A stretch of 64,000 nucleotides of DNA from a virus, in the IMG/VR virus record IMGVR_UViG_3300032214_001346, positions 29,413-93,412 of that record; one strand, given 5' to 3'. Positions 1-9,558 of this stretch are shown here, one piece after another. Every line of letters begins with the position of its first letter. Positions within the stretch are counted from its first letter, which is position 1. The translations under genes and the position numbers were made by a program. The notes under the pieces were generated by a model. That model did no database searches, was not told where the DNA came from, and saw only the letters and a list, made by a program, of their open reading frames with translations.

Positions 1-378
1 GTGATTATGTTATTGTGTTACACAAATATGAAAGCTACTAGAAAGATTTGGACTAAAAAAGGACTGGCTAAATTAGGTGGTATAGTCCGCAGATCCCGTG
101 AGGCCAGACAATTGACTTTAAGAGAACTTGCTGACTTGAGTTCTACTGAAGGTAATTCGGTCCACTTCAAAACCATTAGCTGTATTGAAAATTCTTCTGT
201 AATGCCCAACTTTAATACTCTTGAAGCGATCGCCTCATCAGGTTTAATTTTTGACGATAAAGGTAAGACTTTAGATATTTACGACTTCATTGATATTGCA
301 TCTGAAACCGACAACAGCACAGATGAAACTACAGATATTTACGCAGACTTACCTCTTTTAAACAATATTGAGAATTAA
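1..378 (+). CDS. XRE-family HTH transcriptional regulator (likely start near 28)
   Basis: LGGIVRRSREARQLTLRELA...TISCIEN...PNFNTLEAIA is a typical HTH_3 pattern. Confidence 0.8.
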   Translation: MIMLLCYTNMKATRKIWTKKGLAKLGGIVRRSREARQLTLRELADLSSTEGNSVHFKTISCIENSSVMPNFNTLEAIASSGLIFDDKGKTLDIYDFIDIASETDNSTDETTDIYADLPLLNNIEN

Positions 379-381
379 AGT

Positions 382-747
382 ATGAAAGCAGGAAGATTAA
401 TCAAATCTATATGTAGCCGGGCTTCTAGTATGAATCAGGCTGCTAAAAAGTCTAAAGTTTCTCAAGGAACTTTGAGCGAATGGCAAGCGGATAAAGTGTC
501 GCCTGGATTAGAGAAATACGTAGATTTGTGTTTGGCTATGGGTTGCCGTCCTGGTTTTGAATTGGATCAATATTTGGGTCTAGGTGCAGCAAAACCAAAA
601 ACAGCAGAAGATGTTTTAGGCGTAGCGTTGGGACTACCACCCATAGAACAGCAACGCTTAATCTCTTTAATTACTGCTAAGTATGTTGAATATTTAAGCG
701 GTGAATTGAAAGATGAGATGATAGAATTAGCAGACATCAATAATTAA
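382..747 (+). CDS. XRE/Cro-like HTH regulator
   Basis: SMNQAAKKSKVSQGTLSEWQADKVSPGL HTH pattern. Confidence 0.75.
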   Translation: MKAGRLIKSICSRASSMNQAAKKSKVSQGTLSEWQADKVSPGLEKYVDLCLAMGCRPGFELDQYLGLGAAKPKTAEDVLGVALGLPPIEQQRLISLITAKYVEYLSGELKDEMIELADINN

Positions 748-755
748 AGGAAATT

Positions 756-962
756 ATGGCACGACCATCAGATTACGGTAAAAACAAAGTAAAAGTTACG
801 CTTAGGCTTACTCCAACAGCTAGATGTGTATATCAGTGTTACGCAGACCATTTATGTATAGCCTTTGGTGAGCTAATTGAGAGAATTGTCCGAAACCCAG
901 ACGTAGCAAGGGGTATGGCTGCTTTTCTGGAGACTGAAAAAAAAGTTTTGGAAAAGGCTTGA
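756..962 (+). CDS. Small ribbon-helix-helix-like DNA-binding protein
   Basis: KVKVTLRLTP beta-strand followed by two helices (GELIERIVR). Confidence 0.5.
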   Translation: MARPSDYGKNKVKVTLRLTPTARCVYQCYADHLCIAFGELIERIVRNPDVARGMAAFLETEKKVLEKA

Positions 963-1020
963 CAAAATAATTCTATCCATACATAATGGAAATATAGAAA
1001 AACAAACGACGCGGGAGGGT

Positions 1021-2118
1021 GTGATGGACTTAGTAAAAAGAAGACAGGTATTGATCAATTTGATCTCCCGCGTCGGGAGAGGACAACAAAACATCTACCG
1101 CTGGGTAGATGAGTTAATCAGTATTGACGCTCAGATTGAGCAACAGGAACAGGTACAAGAGGAGACAAAAAAAGTGACAACAGAATTAAAATTAGCGGTA
1201 GGGATGCAAATAGTTCACCCTCGCTGGGGCGAAGGAATTATATTTGCCGTAATGGGCAAAATGGTTTCAGTGGATTTCCCAGGAATGGGAAGAAAGCTGG
1301 TATCTGATACTTCAGATTTAAAAGCTGTTGACAAACAATCTAAACAGAACAAGCCACAACAACAGTCGCAAGTACAATCACAAGCACCAATTAAGTCACA
1401 ACCCAAGATTGATACAAGTATAGAAGTCGCTAAACAGCAACTTCTAGCACTTGGTGTACTGGAAGAGTCTATTTCAATCCAGGACGGACTTGTAGTGGTC
1501 CTAGGTGCTGATTGTAAACAGCATGAAGGAAAGTTTTTCTATTGGGACAAAACAGTGTTCCCTACTGAACACGATAAGGGTTATAAAAAAGATGCAGGCA
1601 ATGTCCGCATCAATCCAGCACAGATTAAAAACTCCCAGAGAAAAGCCTGGGAAAACTATAAAATTGAGCAGGGCAAAAAACCTGCTCAACCATTTGAAAA
1701 GTGGTTAAGTGGGAGGTTAACTAACCTCCCCAAACTAGTTATTAATAAAATTGATGCTGAACCTGCATCAATTTGGATCAAAGAAGATATAAACAAATAC
1801 GTTCTGTTTATTAACAGAACGTCACGCCACGTTCAAGAACTATGTGCTGCTATTCGGCATGAAATGAATGGCACGGATAGTCAAGATGGGAAGTTTATGG
1901 TCTTCCTGGACAACCAGGAAGAAATTACCCTCGCCTCAAAAGGGAGCGAAGGATGGAAATTGAGTACTCATGTCACCCTAATGAAAAAAGAGGGTGACAC
2001 CAAGAAGGAGTTTTACGTAAAAGATGAGGTTTTTGCACCCATCATGGAAAAGTTAAATGTAGCTGCTGAAAAATGCGGTGATTCTTTTAAGATGCCATTT
2101 GGGCTTCGCGTAATGTAA
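1021..2118 (+). CDS. Hypothetical protein with SH3/Tudor-like (UvrD C-terminal-like) module
   Basis: GMQIVHPRWGEGII...VSVDF motif; TTGACA promoter and GGGAGG RBS upstream. Confidence 0.6.
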   Translation: MMDLVKRRQVLINLISRVGRGQQNIYRWVDELISIDAQIEQQEQVQEETKKVTTELKLAVGMQIVHPRWGEGIIFAVMGKMVSVDFPGMGRKLVSDTSDLKAVDKQSKQNKPQQQSQVQSQAPIKSQPKIDTSIEVAKQQLLALGVLEESISIQDGLVVVLGADCKQHEGKFFYWDKTVFPTEHDKGYKKDAGNVRINPAQIKNSQRKAWENYKIEQGKKPAQPFEKWLSGRLTNLPKLVINKIDAEPASIWIKEDINKYVLFINRTSRHVQELCAAIRHEMNGTDSQDGKFMVFLDNQEEITLASKGSEGWKLSTHVTLMKKEGDTKKEFYVKDEVFAPIMEKLNVAAEKCGDSFKMPFGLRVM

Positions 2119-2140
2119 TATCTCACTAAAGTAAGTTGTA

Positions 2141-3312
2141 TTGCGACCTAAGCACGTCGGTAAACTGCTGTTGTAAATAAGGAGCAAAAAATGGAAACAA
2201 CAATGATAGTAGCGGAAGTAGATGATGAGTATCAGGGTTGTCAAGGAAAAATCATTTTCATGGCAAATACTTACTATGCAAAATTAAAAAACTACACTTT
2301 GGAGCTACAAGTACAAAAAGTTTTGTTTCTACCTAGCTGGGTTGAGATTGTCACACCGTTCAAAGCTGAAATTGAAAATGAGTTTGGCACTAATGCTAAT
2401 TCGGTATGCAATGCCGTTAGCTCGGTTTTAAAAGGTATAGAAAGACGTGTGAACGCAGAAGCGAATCAATTCCCAGATGGTATGCTAATTCAGCAATATC
2501 AACTTTTTTGCAAGTCTGTTAAATCCTTGATGAGCGAGTATAGTAAATCTAAGCGTGTAGAAGGACAAAAGAAATTAAATTTGAGACAGCAAAATACAAT
2601 TGATGTTGAGGTCGCTTCGTTGCTTTTGTGGTCAAAAGCTAAGTTGCAAAACTTACCACGACTAGGTAAAGACTGGACTGAAGTAGCGATCGCGCTGATG
2701 ACCCTTACAGGTCGAAGGCAGTCTGAAATTATGTGTAGTGGTAGCTTTGAATACCTTGATAATAACTGGGTTATGTTTAGTGGACAACTCAAAAAACATA
2801 GTTTAGAAAGTGCCGAAAGCTACAAAATTCCCATTTTAATGGGCGCTGCTAGAGAAGTAGTTGAAGGACTTAGGTGGCTGTCAGACTCGCGTAAGCGAGT
2901 ACAGATTATAGATGGTGATGTTAGTGCTGCTGCTAAAAAGGCTCATGATATGTACAGCAGTTATCTAAGCGCGAGCGTCAAGGATGTGTTAGGTGCTTAT
3001 GTAAAGACTGATGATAACTGGGTTCACGAAGGAAAAGATCGGAAAAAATGTCTTCTCTTGAGACAAATATACGGTCAAGTCGTCTATCCTTTGTTTTTTA
3101 GGGATAGTAGGCAAAAAATAAACCAAGCGTTAAATCAAATTATGGGACATAACAATAGCTTAGAAGCGGGTAGGAGCAGTGTCACCTGTTATGACGCAGA
3201 TGTCGTAGTGATTGACATTGATAAATGTAAATAGTTAGCTTTGCGACTTAAGTACGTCATTAAACTGCTGTTGTAAATACTGAAGAGCAAAATAAAATGG
3301 AAACAACAATGA
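2141..3312 (+). repeat. Two ~65-70 bp direct repeats (2141-2206, 3241-3312): leader, RBS and first codons METTM
   Basis: TTGCGACyTAAGyACGTC..TAAACTGCTGTTGTAAATA...GAGCAAAA..ATGGAAACAACAATGA upstream of two consecutive genes. Confidence 0.85.
2191..3234 (+). CDS. Protelomerase / telomere resolvase family protein
   Basis: LTGRRQSEI, FSGQLKK, YKIPIL, LLRQIY, IMGH and a C-terminal Tyr match the R-K-R-H-Y pattern of TelN/ResT-type resolvases. Confidence 0.8.
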   Translation: METTMIVAEVDDEYQGCQGKIIFMANTYYAKLKNYTLELQVQKVLFLPSWVEIVTPFKAEIENEFGTNANSVCNAVSSVLKGIERRVNAEANQFPDGMLIQQYQLFCKSVKSLMSEYSKSKRVEGQKKLNLRQQNTIDVEVASLLLWSKAKLQNLPRLGKDWTEVAIALMTLTGRRQSEIMCSGSFEYLDNNWVMFSGQLKKHSLESAESYKIPILMGAAREVVEGLRWLSDSRKRVQIIDGDVSAAAKKAHDMYSSYLSASVKDVLGAYVKTDDNWVHEGKDRKKCLLLRQIYGQVVYPLFFRDSRQKINQALNQIMGHNNSLEAGRSSVTCYDADVVVIDIDKCK

Positions 3313-3611
3313 CAGTAGATGGTTACAACTATACTTTAGTTGAATACGCTTACACAACAAACCAAGGAGACTTGGTTGGTTATTCCAAGTCCCATGACAT
3401 TAAATTTGCTGGGGAAATTAAAGAAATACCTGATGATTGTGAGTGGCTGACACCACTCACTCCAGTTAAACGCGCCCCTCTGGGCGACACCTTCGTAATG
3501 GAAGATGGGGTGGATACTTATTCCAGACATTTCTTAGAGGAACAATTAAAAGAAGAAGAAAGTCTCAAAAGGCGTAGGATAAAGCCGGGCTGGCAGCCTT
3601 TTACCTTTTAG
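3297..3611 (+). CDS. Hypothetical protein
   Basis: ORF with RBS and the duplicated leader. Confidence 0.6.
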   Translation: METTMTVDGYNYTLVEYAYTTNQGDLVGYSKSHDIKFAGEIKEIPDDCEWLTPLTPVKRAPLGDTFVMEDGVDTYSRHFLEEQLKEEESLKRRRIKPGWQPFTF

Positions 3612-3709
3612 CGTCATCCCACCTGATGATGGGCGGCTGGCTACCGCCCGAAACTACCACCCCGGTAGTAGTGGGAAGCCTATTTACATTACACCCACAG
3701 GAGACAGAC

Positions 3710-3937
3710 ATGGACGTTAAAGAATTTATTATTGCTAACTGGAAAAGCACTCAATCTCTTAACACCCTATTGGGTGTTGATTTTCCCAAAAATGACGAGT
3801 TTCACTTTGGTGAAACTCCCACAGAACAAGGAAGAATTGAAGTAAAAAACGGGAAGATTACCCGTGTCACTACATGGTCAGGTTTAAGCTGGTCAGCTAA
3901 ATATGGCTACAGCAGTCCTGTTGTAGATGTCTTTTAG
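3710..3937 (+). CDS. Hypothetical protein (start MDVKEF after CAGGAG RBS)
   Basis: ORF track 3626-3937; RBS supports the downstream ATG. Confidence 0.55.
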   Translation: MDVKEFIIANWKSTQSLNTLLGVDFPKNDEFHFGETPTEQGRIEVKNGKITRVTTWSGLSWSAKYGYSSPVVDVF

Positions 3938-4022
3938 TGTTATTTGCGGATCATGAAAGATCCGCACTTAAAGCTTTTGCAATTCCCTTCTTGAGGGATA
4001 TTTTTTATACTTGGAGTAACAG

Positions 4023-4340
4023 ATGAAAGTTGGAGATAGTTTAATTGTTTTAGACAAATCCTGGAACAAGACAAGAGGGCAGGTATCTCAAGGAATTATT
4101 GAAAAGATAGGACGGACATACTTCTATGTTCGTGTTGATTATGATCTAATAAAAGTTCAGATAGGGGATTTCCCTATTGTCGTCCAAGAGTACAATGCTG
4201 TATTATTTGATTCACAAGAATCATACAGCAACTACATTCAACACAAAGATAATCTTAAAAAACTTCAAGTTGCAACCAGAAAACTTGATTTGCTGACACC
4301 GGATCAAATACGTCGCATTTTAGAAATAATAGAAGAGTAG
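4023..4340 (+). CDS. Hypothetical phage protein (beta-barrel-like N-terminus)
   Basis: ORF with GGAG RBS; MKVGD...IEKIGRTYFYV pattern. Confidence 0.6.
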   Translation: MKVGDSLIVLDKSWNKTRGQVSQGIIEKIGRTYFYVRVDYDLIKVQIGDFPIVVQEYNAVLFDSQESYSNYIQHKDNLKKLQVATRKLDLLTPDQIRRILEIIEE

Positions 4341-4342
4341 CT

Positions 4343-5011
4343 ATGAATCAATTAACACTCTTTGAAGAGCAGCTTACTGTCAGTGATGACTTTACGAACG
4401 ATGACTATGAAACACCTGACTGGTTAGCCAAAGCAATGGCTAATCTAGTCTTGCTTACAGACAGAGAGATTCTTGAACCATTTGCTGGTTCAGGTCAAAT
4501 AGCTAAATACCTACCAAGCGATCGCTCAGTAGAGTGTGTAGAAATCAAGTATTCCCGATTTTTGCAAGGGAAAGAAAAAGCTAAGTTGGCTACATGGGTA
4601 AATGGTAACTTTTTTAGCGATATTTCTAAGTGTGGATGTGACCTTATCATCTCAAATCCACCTTTTTCTTTATGTGTTGAGGCGGTTGCCAAATCTTTGG
4701 AACTGCTTAATGATAGCCCCAATTCCCGTCTCTTGTTTTTGATGCCATTGGATTGGAATTGCTCTCAAGGAAGGGCTAAAGCGTGGGAATCATTGGATGC
4801 ACATATCCATCATGTCTACCCTATCGCCGACAGGATAGATTACCTGAAAGATGGTATTCCTATGAGCAAGCAACAAAAAATAGTTAATGGTGTTCCGCAG
4901 TTCAAGAGTGGAAAGCCAGTCATGAACAGCGGTCGTCAATGTTACGATGCTGTTTTTGATATCCGTTTAAGCAAATCACGGTCAGCATTAACACTAATTT
5001 TCAAGCCATAA
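4343..5011 (+). CDS. SAM-dependent DNA adenine methyltransferase
   Basis: DDYETP, LEPFAGSG (motif I), ISNPPF (motif IV). Confidence 0.85.
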   Translation: MNQLTLFEEQLTVSDDFTNDDYETPDWLAKAMANLVLLTDREILEPFAGSGQIAKYLPSDRSVECVEIKYSRFLQGKEKAKLATWVNGNFFSDISKCGCDLIISNPPFSLCVEAVAKSLELLNDSPNSRLLFLMPLDWNCSQGRAKAWESLDAHIHHVYPIADRIDYLKDGIPMSKQQKIVNGVPQFKSGKPVMNSGRQCYDAVFDIRLSKSRSALTLIFKP

Positions 5012-5026
5012 GAGGAGCATAACACA

Positions 5027-5482
5027 ATGGACACGCTGTTAATCAGCTTACACCCTCGCCACTGTCAGAACATTCTCGCAGGGAACAAGACGATAGAGCT
5101 TAGGAAAAGAAGTCCAAGGAAAAGAAGTCCAAAAGCCATTAAGCCAGTTTTTTTCCCTGGCAACAAACAAGGACTGATTCCTAAATTCAAAAAAATATTG
5201 ATTTATGAGACCAAGCCGACAGCAGCAATTGTAGGATTAACCACACCCACTGAGATAATTGAACACACTTGCAGCGAGTGGCATAAATTTACAAGCGAAT
5301 TATGCTTGTCTGTAAGTGAAATAGAGGAATATCTAGGCGGATATTGTGGATGGGGAATCAAAGTAGAAAACCCCCAGCTAATTACACCAATTCCACTTTC
5401 AAAAATGCGTGATTTAAACATCACGCCACCACAAGGGTACAGATATCTAAGTGACGAATTAGTTGAGCAACTACTCGCATAA
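5027..5482 (+). CDS. ASCH domain protein
   Basis: ISLHP...ILAGNKTIELRK...IYET.P...PPQGYRY. Confidence 0.8.
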   Translation: MDTLLISLHPRHCQNILAGNKTIELRKRSPRKRSPKAIKPVFFPGNKQGLIPKFKKILIYETKPTAAIVGLTTPTEIIEHTCSEWHKFTSELCLSVSEIEEYLGGYCGWGIKVENPQLITPIPLSKMRDLNITPPQGYRYLSDELVEQLLA

Positions 5483-5612
5483 TGCTATACTATGGTATAG
5501 TAGTACCTACGAAACACTCATATAAGCGATCGCCTTTTCCGTTAGGCGATCGCTATTTTTTTTGATTGTGGAAACACCAAAACCCTTGAAAATCAGGGCT
5601 TTAATTTTCTGG

Positions 5613-5820
5613 TTTTAATCGTGCCAATTGCCTGTCATTGGTTTAAATCTTTGTACAGCACTAAGTTCACGTTATGGCTTTAAAAATGCCCAACAACTAG
5701 CGGCATAATCCACTTACGATAGAATGAGCATCCGGCGCAATTGTCACCGGTTTAATTGAGTTATTTTGAAGGTAAAAACTTGGTTTTTTGTCACTGGCAC
5801 GATTGCTTAAGGACAAAATT
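5613..5820. repeat. ~205-bp element with AATCGTGCCA/TGGCACGATT inverted ends, copy 1
   Basis: Both ends match 36737-36943 in inverted orientation. Confidence 0.7.
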
Positions 5821-5874
5821 CTTGAAAAAGAAAAAACCCTGTACATCAACTACAGGGTTTTGTTTTAGTATCAT

Positions 5875-6396
5875 TTAATTGAGAAGGTTTCTGATTCCTT
5901 GGGAATATCCTTTCCCTTCCCCAAGGTTTTTCAAAATTTTCCATTCCTCTTCTGACAATTTAATTTGACGAGAAGTGCCGTCAATTTTTGGCTTATTGTT
6001 GTGGGAGTTGGGGTTTTTTCCTCTCCCATCAGGTACAGGGATTTTGACCGTTAGGGTTGTTTCACTAGTCCCATTACCATTTGGTTTGTCGTAGTCGTGA
6101 GACTTCTTGACTTCCTTTTTTATCTTTATTCCCGTTGGTACATGAGTATACCAATCAGACTTTTTACAATGATTCCAAAGCTTACCGGGATTTTCGTAAG
6201 CTTCTATCATATAGATATCGTCAGCGATATCTATATCTCCTAAAGCTGTCTCAATGACATCTGGGATATCATTGTAATTTCCAGAAGCTATGCTTTTAGC
6301 ATAAGAATCTGAAAGTTTATTGTAGCTTGTGTAAGCGTAATATGCTGTGTACACAAAAGTGTCATATTTTGTCATATGCTTACAATCCATCCGCAA
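5875..6396 (-). CDS. Hypothetical protein with C-terminal RHH-like segment
   Basis: ORF; SRQIKLSEEEW...GYSQGIRNL. Confidence 0.55.
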   Translation of the reverse strand: MRMDCKHMTKYDTFVYTAYYAYTSYNKLSDSYAKSIASGNYNDIPDVIETALGDIDIADDIYMIEAYENPGKLWNHCKKSDWYTHVPTGIKIKKEVKKSHDYDKPNGNGTSETTLTVKIPVPDGRGKNPNSHNNKPKIDGTSRQIKLSEEEWKILKNLGEGKGYSQGIRNLLN

Positions 6397-6854
6397 ATAG
6401 CATTGCTGTATTTATGTCCTTCAACATCAACTGAAGGAATTTGACCAACTTTGAACTTAAATTCAATTGGCTCTTGGGAGTTTGCTCTTGCAGTAAACTC
6501 AATTATTGCCCCTACAGGCAATTCATACTCAGAAATACACCACTTTCCGTGGTTGCCTCTATTGCCAACTAATTCCCATTCTGGTTTAGAAAGTGGTTTT
6601 AAAACTTCGTAAATTGGCTTGCCATTAACTGTAACCATGGCACTGCGCCAGTTAGTCGTGTGAGATTCACGCCCGGTTTTTACTTGAACTTTCATTGGTT
6701 GTGGTTGTGGTGTTACTTGTGTCATTGCCTCTAATTTTGCTTCTAATACACACAGTCGGTCAACGAATGAGCGCAAGCCATTCTTTATAGCTCGCAAACA
6801 GGCTTGAATTTGTCCTTTGATGGTACGAATTTTAAAAGAGATGGTAGCAGTCAT
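6372..6854 (-). CDS. Hypothetical protein
   Basis: ORF with TTGACA promoter upstream. Confidence 0.6.
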   Translation of the reverse strand: MTATISFKIRTIKGQIQACLRAIKNGLRSFVDRLCVLEAKLEAMTQVTPQPQPMKVQVKTGRESHTTNWRSAMVTVNGKPIYEVLKPLSKPEWELVGNRGNHGKWCISEYELPVGAIIEFTARANSQEPIEFKFKVGQIPSVDVEGHKYSNAICGWIVSI

Positions 6855-7010
6855 TTCTTTAACCCCTGTATTTGTTCATGTTTCTATAATAGGGGATAAA
6901 GAAAATAATGTCAATACAGAAATTAAAATAATTTTAAGATACAGGATAATTAAAAGCACGCAAGTAAATACAAAAATCCCCAATCCTTGATAGAAGAACT
7001 GGGGATTTAA

Positions 7011-7472
7011 TCAACCTACTTCATCTGGTATGTATTTATCGTTGTATGTTTGAATTATTTGACAATATCTAAGCGCACTTTGAGGGCTATATTCATAGAT
7101 ACTTTTTGCTTGTTTAATTTGACCGGGTAGCATATCAGGGAACTGAATTAAAATGTCAAGTATTGGTAGCTTAACTTTCTCTTTTTTCAGCATCAAGCTA
7201 AGTCTTTTTTCAACATCTTCTCTGGTTCTTTTAAGCGCAATTCCGACTTGTGCAATGTGGCTGTTTTCAATTTCTTTCATTAAAGTTCTGTCTTCTTCAG
7301 TAGTCCATTTTCTTGGTGTAGTTAATTCTCTTTTTGGAACTACAATATTAATATGTCCCTCCACAATTCTTCTTCTGTAATACCGGACTTTCTTTAATTC
7401 AATTCCCAGTATCTTGGCAGCTTTGGGGCATTTTTCACGTGCTATAATTTCTAATTGTTCTTTGCCGATCAT
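7011..7472 (-). CDS. Hypothetical protein with HTH and Myb/SANT-like motif
   Basis: RKWTTEEDRTL...LKRT. Confidence 0.55.
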   Translation of the reverse strand: MIGKEQLEIIAREKCPKAAKILGIELKKVRYYRRRIVEGHINIVVPKRELTTPRKWTTEEDRTLMKEIENSHIAQVGIALKRTREDVEKRLSLMLKKEKVKLPILDILIQFPDMLPGQIKQAKSIYEYSPQSALRYCQIIQTYNDKYIPDEVG

Positions 7473-7477
7473 GATAG

Positions 7478-8047
7478 TTACTGATGTTCAATATTTGTCT
7501 CGCTGTAGTAGCTATTGAGAATTTTAAATAGTTCTAATAGCGCGTCTCCTGATAATTGTTCTTGCCGACTTAAGTGTAAGATTGTCTTAAATGAATTGGT
7601 TTCTAGCTCACTTAAACTGAGGATAACTGGATATTGAGTCTTGAGGATTAAGACATTATTCTTAACATCAAATTTCCAGAATGTAGATACATTAATTAGT
7701 ATTTCATTCTGATTGAATTTGAGGATGTCACGATTAAAAACGACTGCTTCTTTAATGTTGTGACAAACATTAAAGGTGTTGTCTATTTCACCACCCATTA
7801 CTGAATCCAAAACAGAAATTAAGTTTGAGCGGGTAACTTTAACTTTGTGTTTTTGTCCTATCAATCCATAGAGTTCTCTGGATACAGAGCCAACATAACC
7901 ATCGTCGTAACTTAACTTTTCCGCTATTTCTATGTAAGTCTTTCCGTCGCAAAGAAGGCTCACGATGTCTCTCTCTATAGTGCTAAGAGATTTGTGTCGT
8001 ATATTCTCAGAAAGGGCATTAATGTAATTGATATATTTCATGATCAA
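7478..8047 (-). CDS. Regulator with cyanobacterial vMAP/NB-ARC-type N-terminal HTH
   Basis: LSTIERDIV..LCDGKTYIEIAEKLSYDDGYV...KVTRSNL; divergent from nblA. Confidence 0.65.
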   Translation of the reverse strand: MIMKYINYINALSENIRHKSLSTIERDIVSLLCDGKTYIEIAEKLSYDDGYVGSVSRELYGLIGQKHKVKVTRSNLISVLDSVMGGEIDNTFNVCHNIKEAVVFNRDILKFNQNEILINVSTFWKFDVKNNVLILKTQYPVILSLSELETNSFKTILHLSRQEQLSGDALLELFKILNSYYSETNIEHQ

Positions 8048-8217
8048 AGTTGTTAAAAAAGCAACAAAAAAGAGGTTTTTGTTGCTAATGGTGACAAACC
8101 TGTTAACTTTATTCGAGATTTTATTAGCTTAACTTTTATTTATTAAAATGTCAATTATTCAATTGGCAACAATAAAAATATCTGCAATAATAATTAGTAG
8201 TTTCAAGGATTAATATT

Positions 8218-8397
8218 ATGGCTGAATTATCAATTGATCAGCAGTTTCAGTTAGCTGCTTTTGAACTTCAAGTAAAGCAAATGTCGCGGGAACAAGCACA
8301 AGAATTTCTGATTAATTTGTTCAAGCAATATCAAACTCAAAGGGCAGCTTACATTGAACTTCTGGGACATCAGTGGGGCATAAGCTATATCCCATAA
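8218..8397 (+). CDS. nblA: Phycobilisome degradation protein NblA (59 aa, absent from ORF track)
   Basis: Translated by hand: MAELSIDQQFQLAAFELQVKQMSREQAQEFLINLFKQYQTQRAAYIELLGHQWGISYIP. Matches the NblA consensus LS.EQQF...F..QV..MS.EQA..FL..L......Y..LL.HQWG; AAGGA RBS upstream. Confidence 0.93.
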   Translation: MAELSIDQQFQLAAFELQVKQMSREQAQEFLINLFKQYQTQRAAYIELLGHQWGISYIP

Positions 8398-8457
8398 TTG
8401 GTTTTTAGTCCCACTGTTTGCTGTTATATTTTTTGTGGGACTAATTTATGTGTTTAT

Positions 8458-8724
8458 ATGCTTTACGTAATTGAATCTAGTAACAACTTATATAAGATTG
8501 GCATCTCTAATAATCCGATTAAACGACTTAACCAATTGCAAGTAGGTAATGGTGAAAAGTTAAAGATGGTTGCCATGCTGAATGTACAGAATGAAAAAAT
8601 TACTGAGAAAAGAATACACTCAATGCTATGGCAGAATAAAAGTATTTTTGGTAGAAATAATGAATGGTTTAATTTAAATAATGAGCTATTAAATTGGTTA
8701 TTGGAATACTTACAGACTTGTTAA
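8458..8724 (+). CDS. GIY-YIG (T5orf172/Mug113-like) nuclease domain protein
   Basis: LYVI...YKIGISNNP.KRL.QLQ.GN...E..IH...EWF. Confidence 0.8.
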   Translation: MLYVIESSNNLYKIGISNNPIKRLNQLQVGNGEKLKMVAMLNVQNEKITEKRIHSMLWQNKSIFGRNNEWFNLNNELLNWLLEYLQTC

Positions 8725-8837
8725 GAAATAAGGAACTACCTTCCTGTTAGTTCCTTACCAAGGATTTATCTTGAATGTACAACCAAATTATAATATATTT
8801 TATTTAAAAAAATACCCCAATGACGGGGTATAATATT

Positions 8838-9341
8838 TTAAGCAATCTTTAAAAACGCATCCAGTGTTTTGCTAGGCACGGGCAGATGAGTGTGGAACTC
8901 TAGCCCGTGTTTTTCCGCCCATCTTCTCAGTGTCCTGATGTGAGGCGATCGCCCCACCTGATGATTTAACCACAAAGGTACATCACAGCCTTTGATACCT
9001 TCAATAACAATTTCATCACCTAAAGCCTGTCCTAATGCTGCTTTAACTCTTGGCTCATTTAAGCGAGTAATTATTTGCTTGAGGGTGACACCAGACTTAC
9101 ATCCAACTGGGGGCTTATCACCTCGCTTTTGTTCCCTGCGAATATACGCCAACATCATTAACCACTGGCAATGAGTTTTGCTAATCAATACTTCATTATC
9201 ATTGGGAGTTTTGCGACCGTCGGGAACTTTGCAAATATGCTTGTATTTCCGCCAGGTGCGATCGCAGATGGGGCTACCGTATAATTTAACGCAAACAGCC
9301 CGCACCCATAACTCAGGATACACATTACTCATAACTAGCAA
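8838..9341 (-). CDS. Hypothetical protein, possibly DNA-binding
   Basis: ORF in leftward operon. Confidence 0.55.
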   Translation of the reverse strand: MLVMSNVYPELWVRAVCVKLYGSPICDRTWRKYKHICKVPDGRKTPNDNEVLISKTHCQWLMMLAYIRREQKRGDKPPVGCKSGVTLKQIITRLNEPRVKAALGQALGDEIVIEGIKGCDVPLWLNHQVGRSPHIRTLRRWAEKHGLEFHTHLPVPSKTLDAFLKIA

Positions 9342-9558
9342 TCCTCGTTATCAATTCTTGCAATGCTCTATAGGAATAGCTCCCGCTGCGGTAATCTTTC
9401 GCTGCTTGCTCAAGTTCATCGGCTAATATTTCACTAGCAGAAATAAGTGCTAAGGCTTCTAAGACTTTTGCTAAATCATATAAGTCAAAGTCGTTGCAGT
9501 CGGACTCTAAATACTGTAAAACACTTAACAAAGGAATTTTCCACATACTTACCTCCAA
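9325..9558 (-). CDS. Hypothetical protein
   Basis: ORF overlapping its neighbours in an operon. Confidence 0.55.
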   Translation of the reverse strand: MEVSMWKIPLLSVLQYLESDCNDFDLYDLAKVLEALALISASEILADELEQAAKDYRSGSYSYRALQELITRIASYE

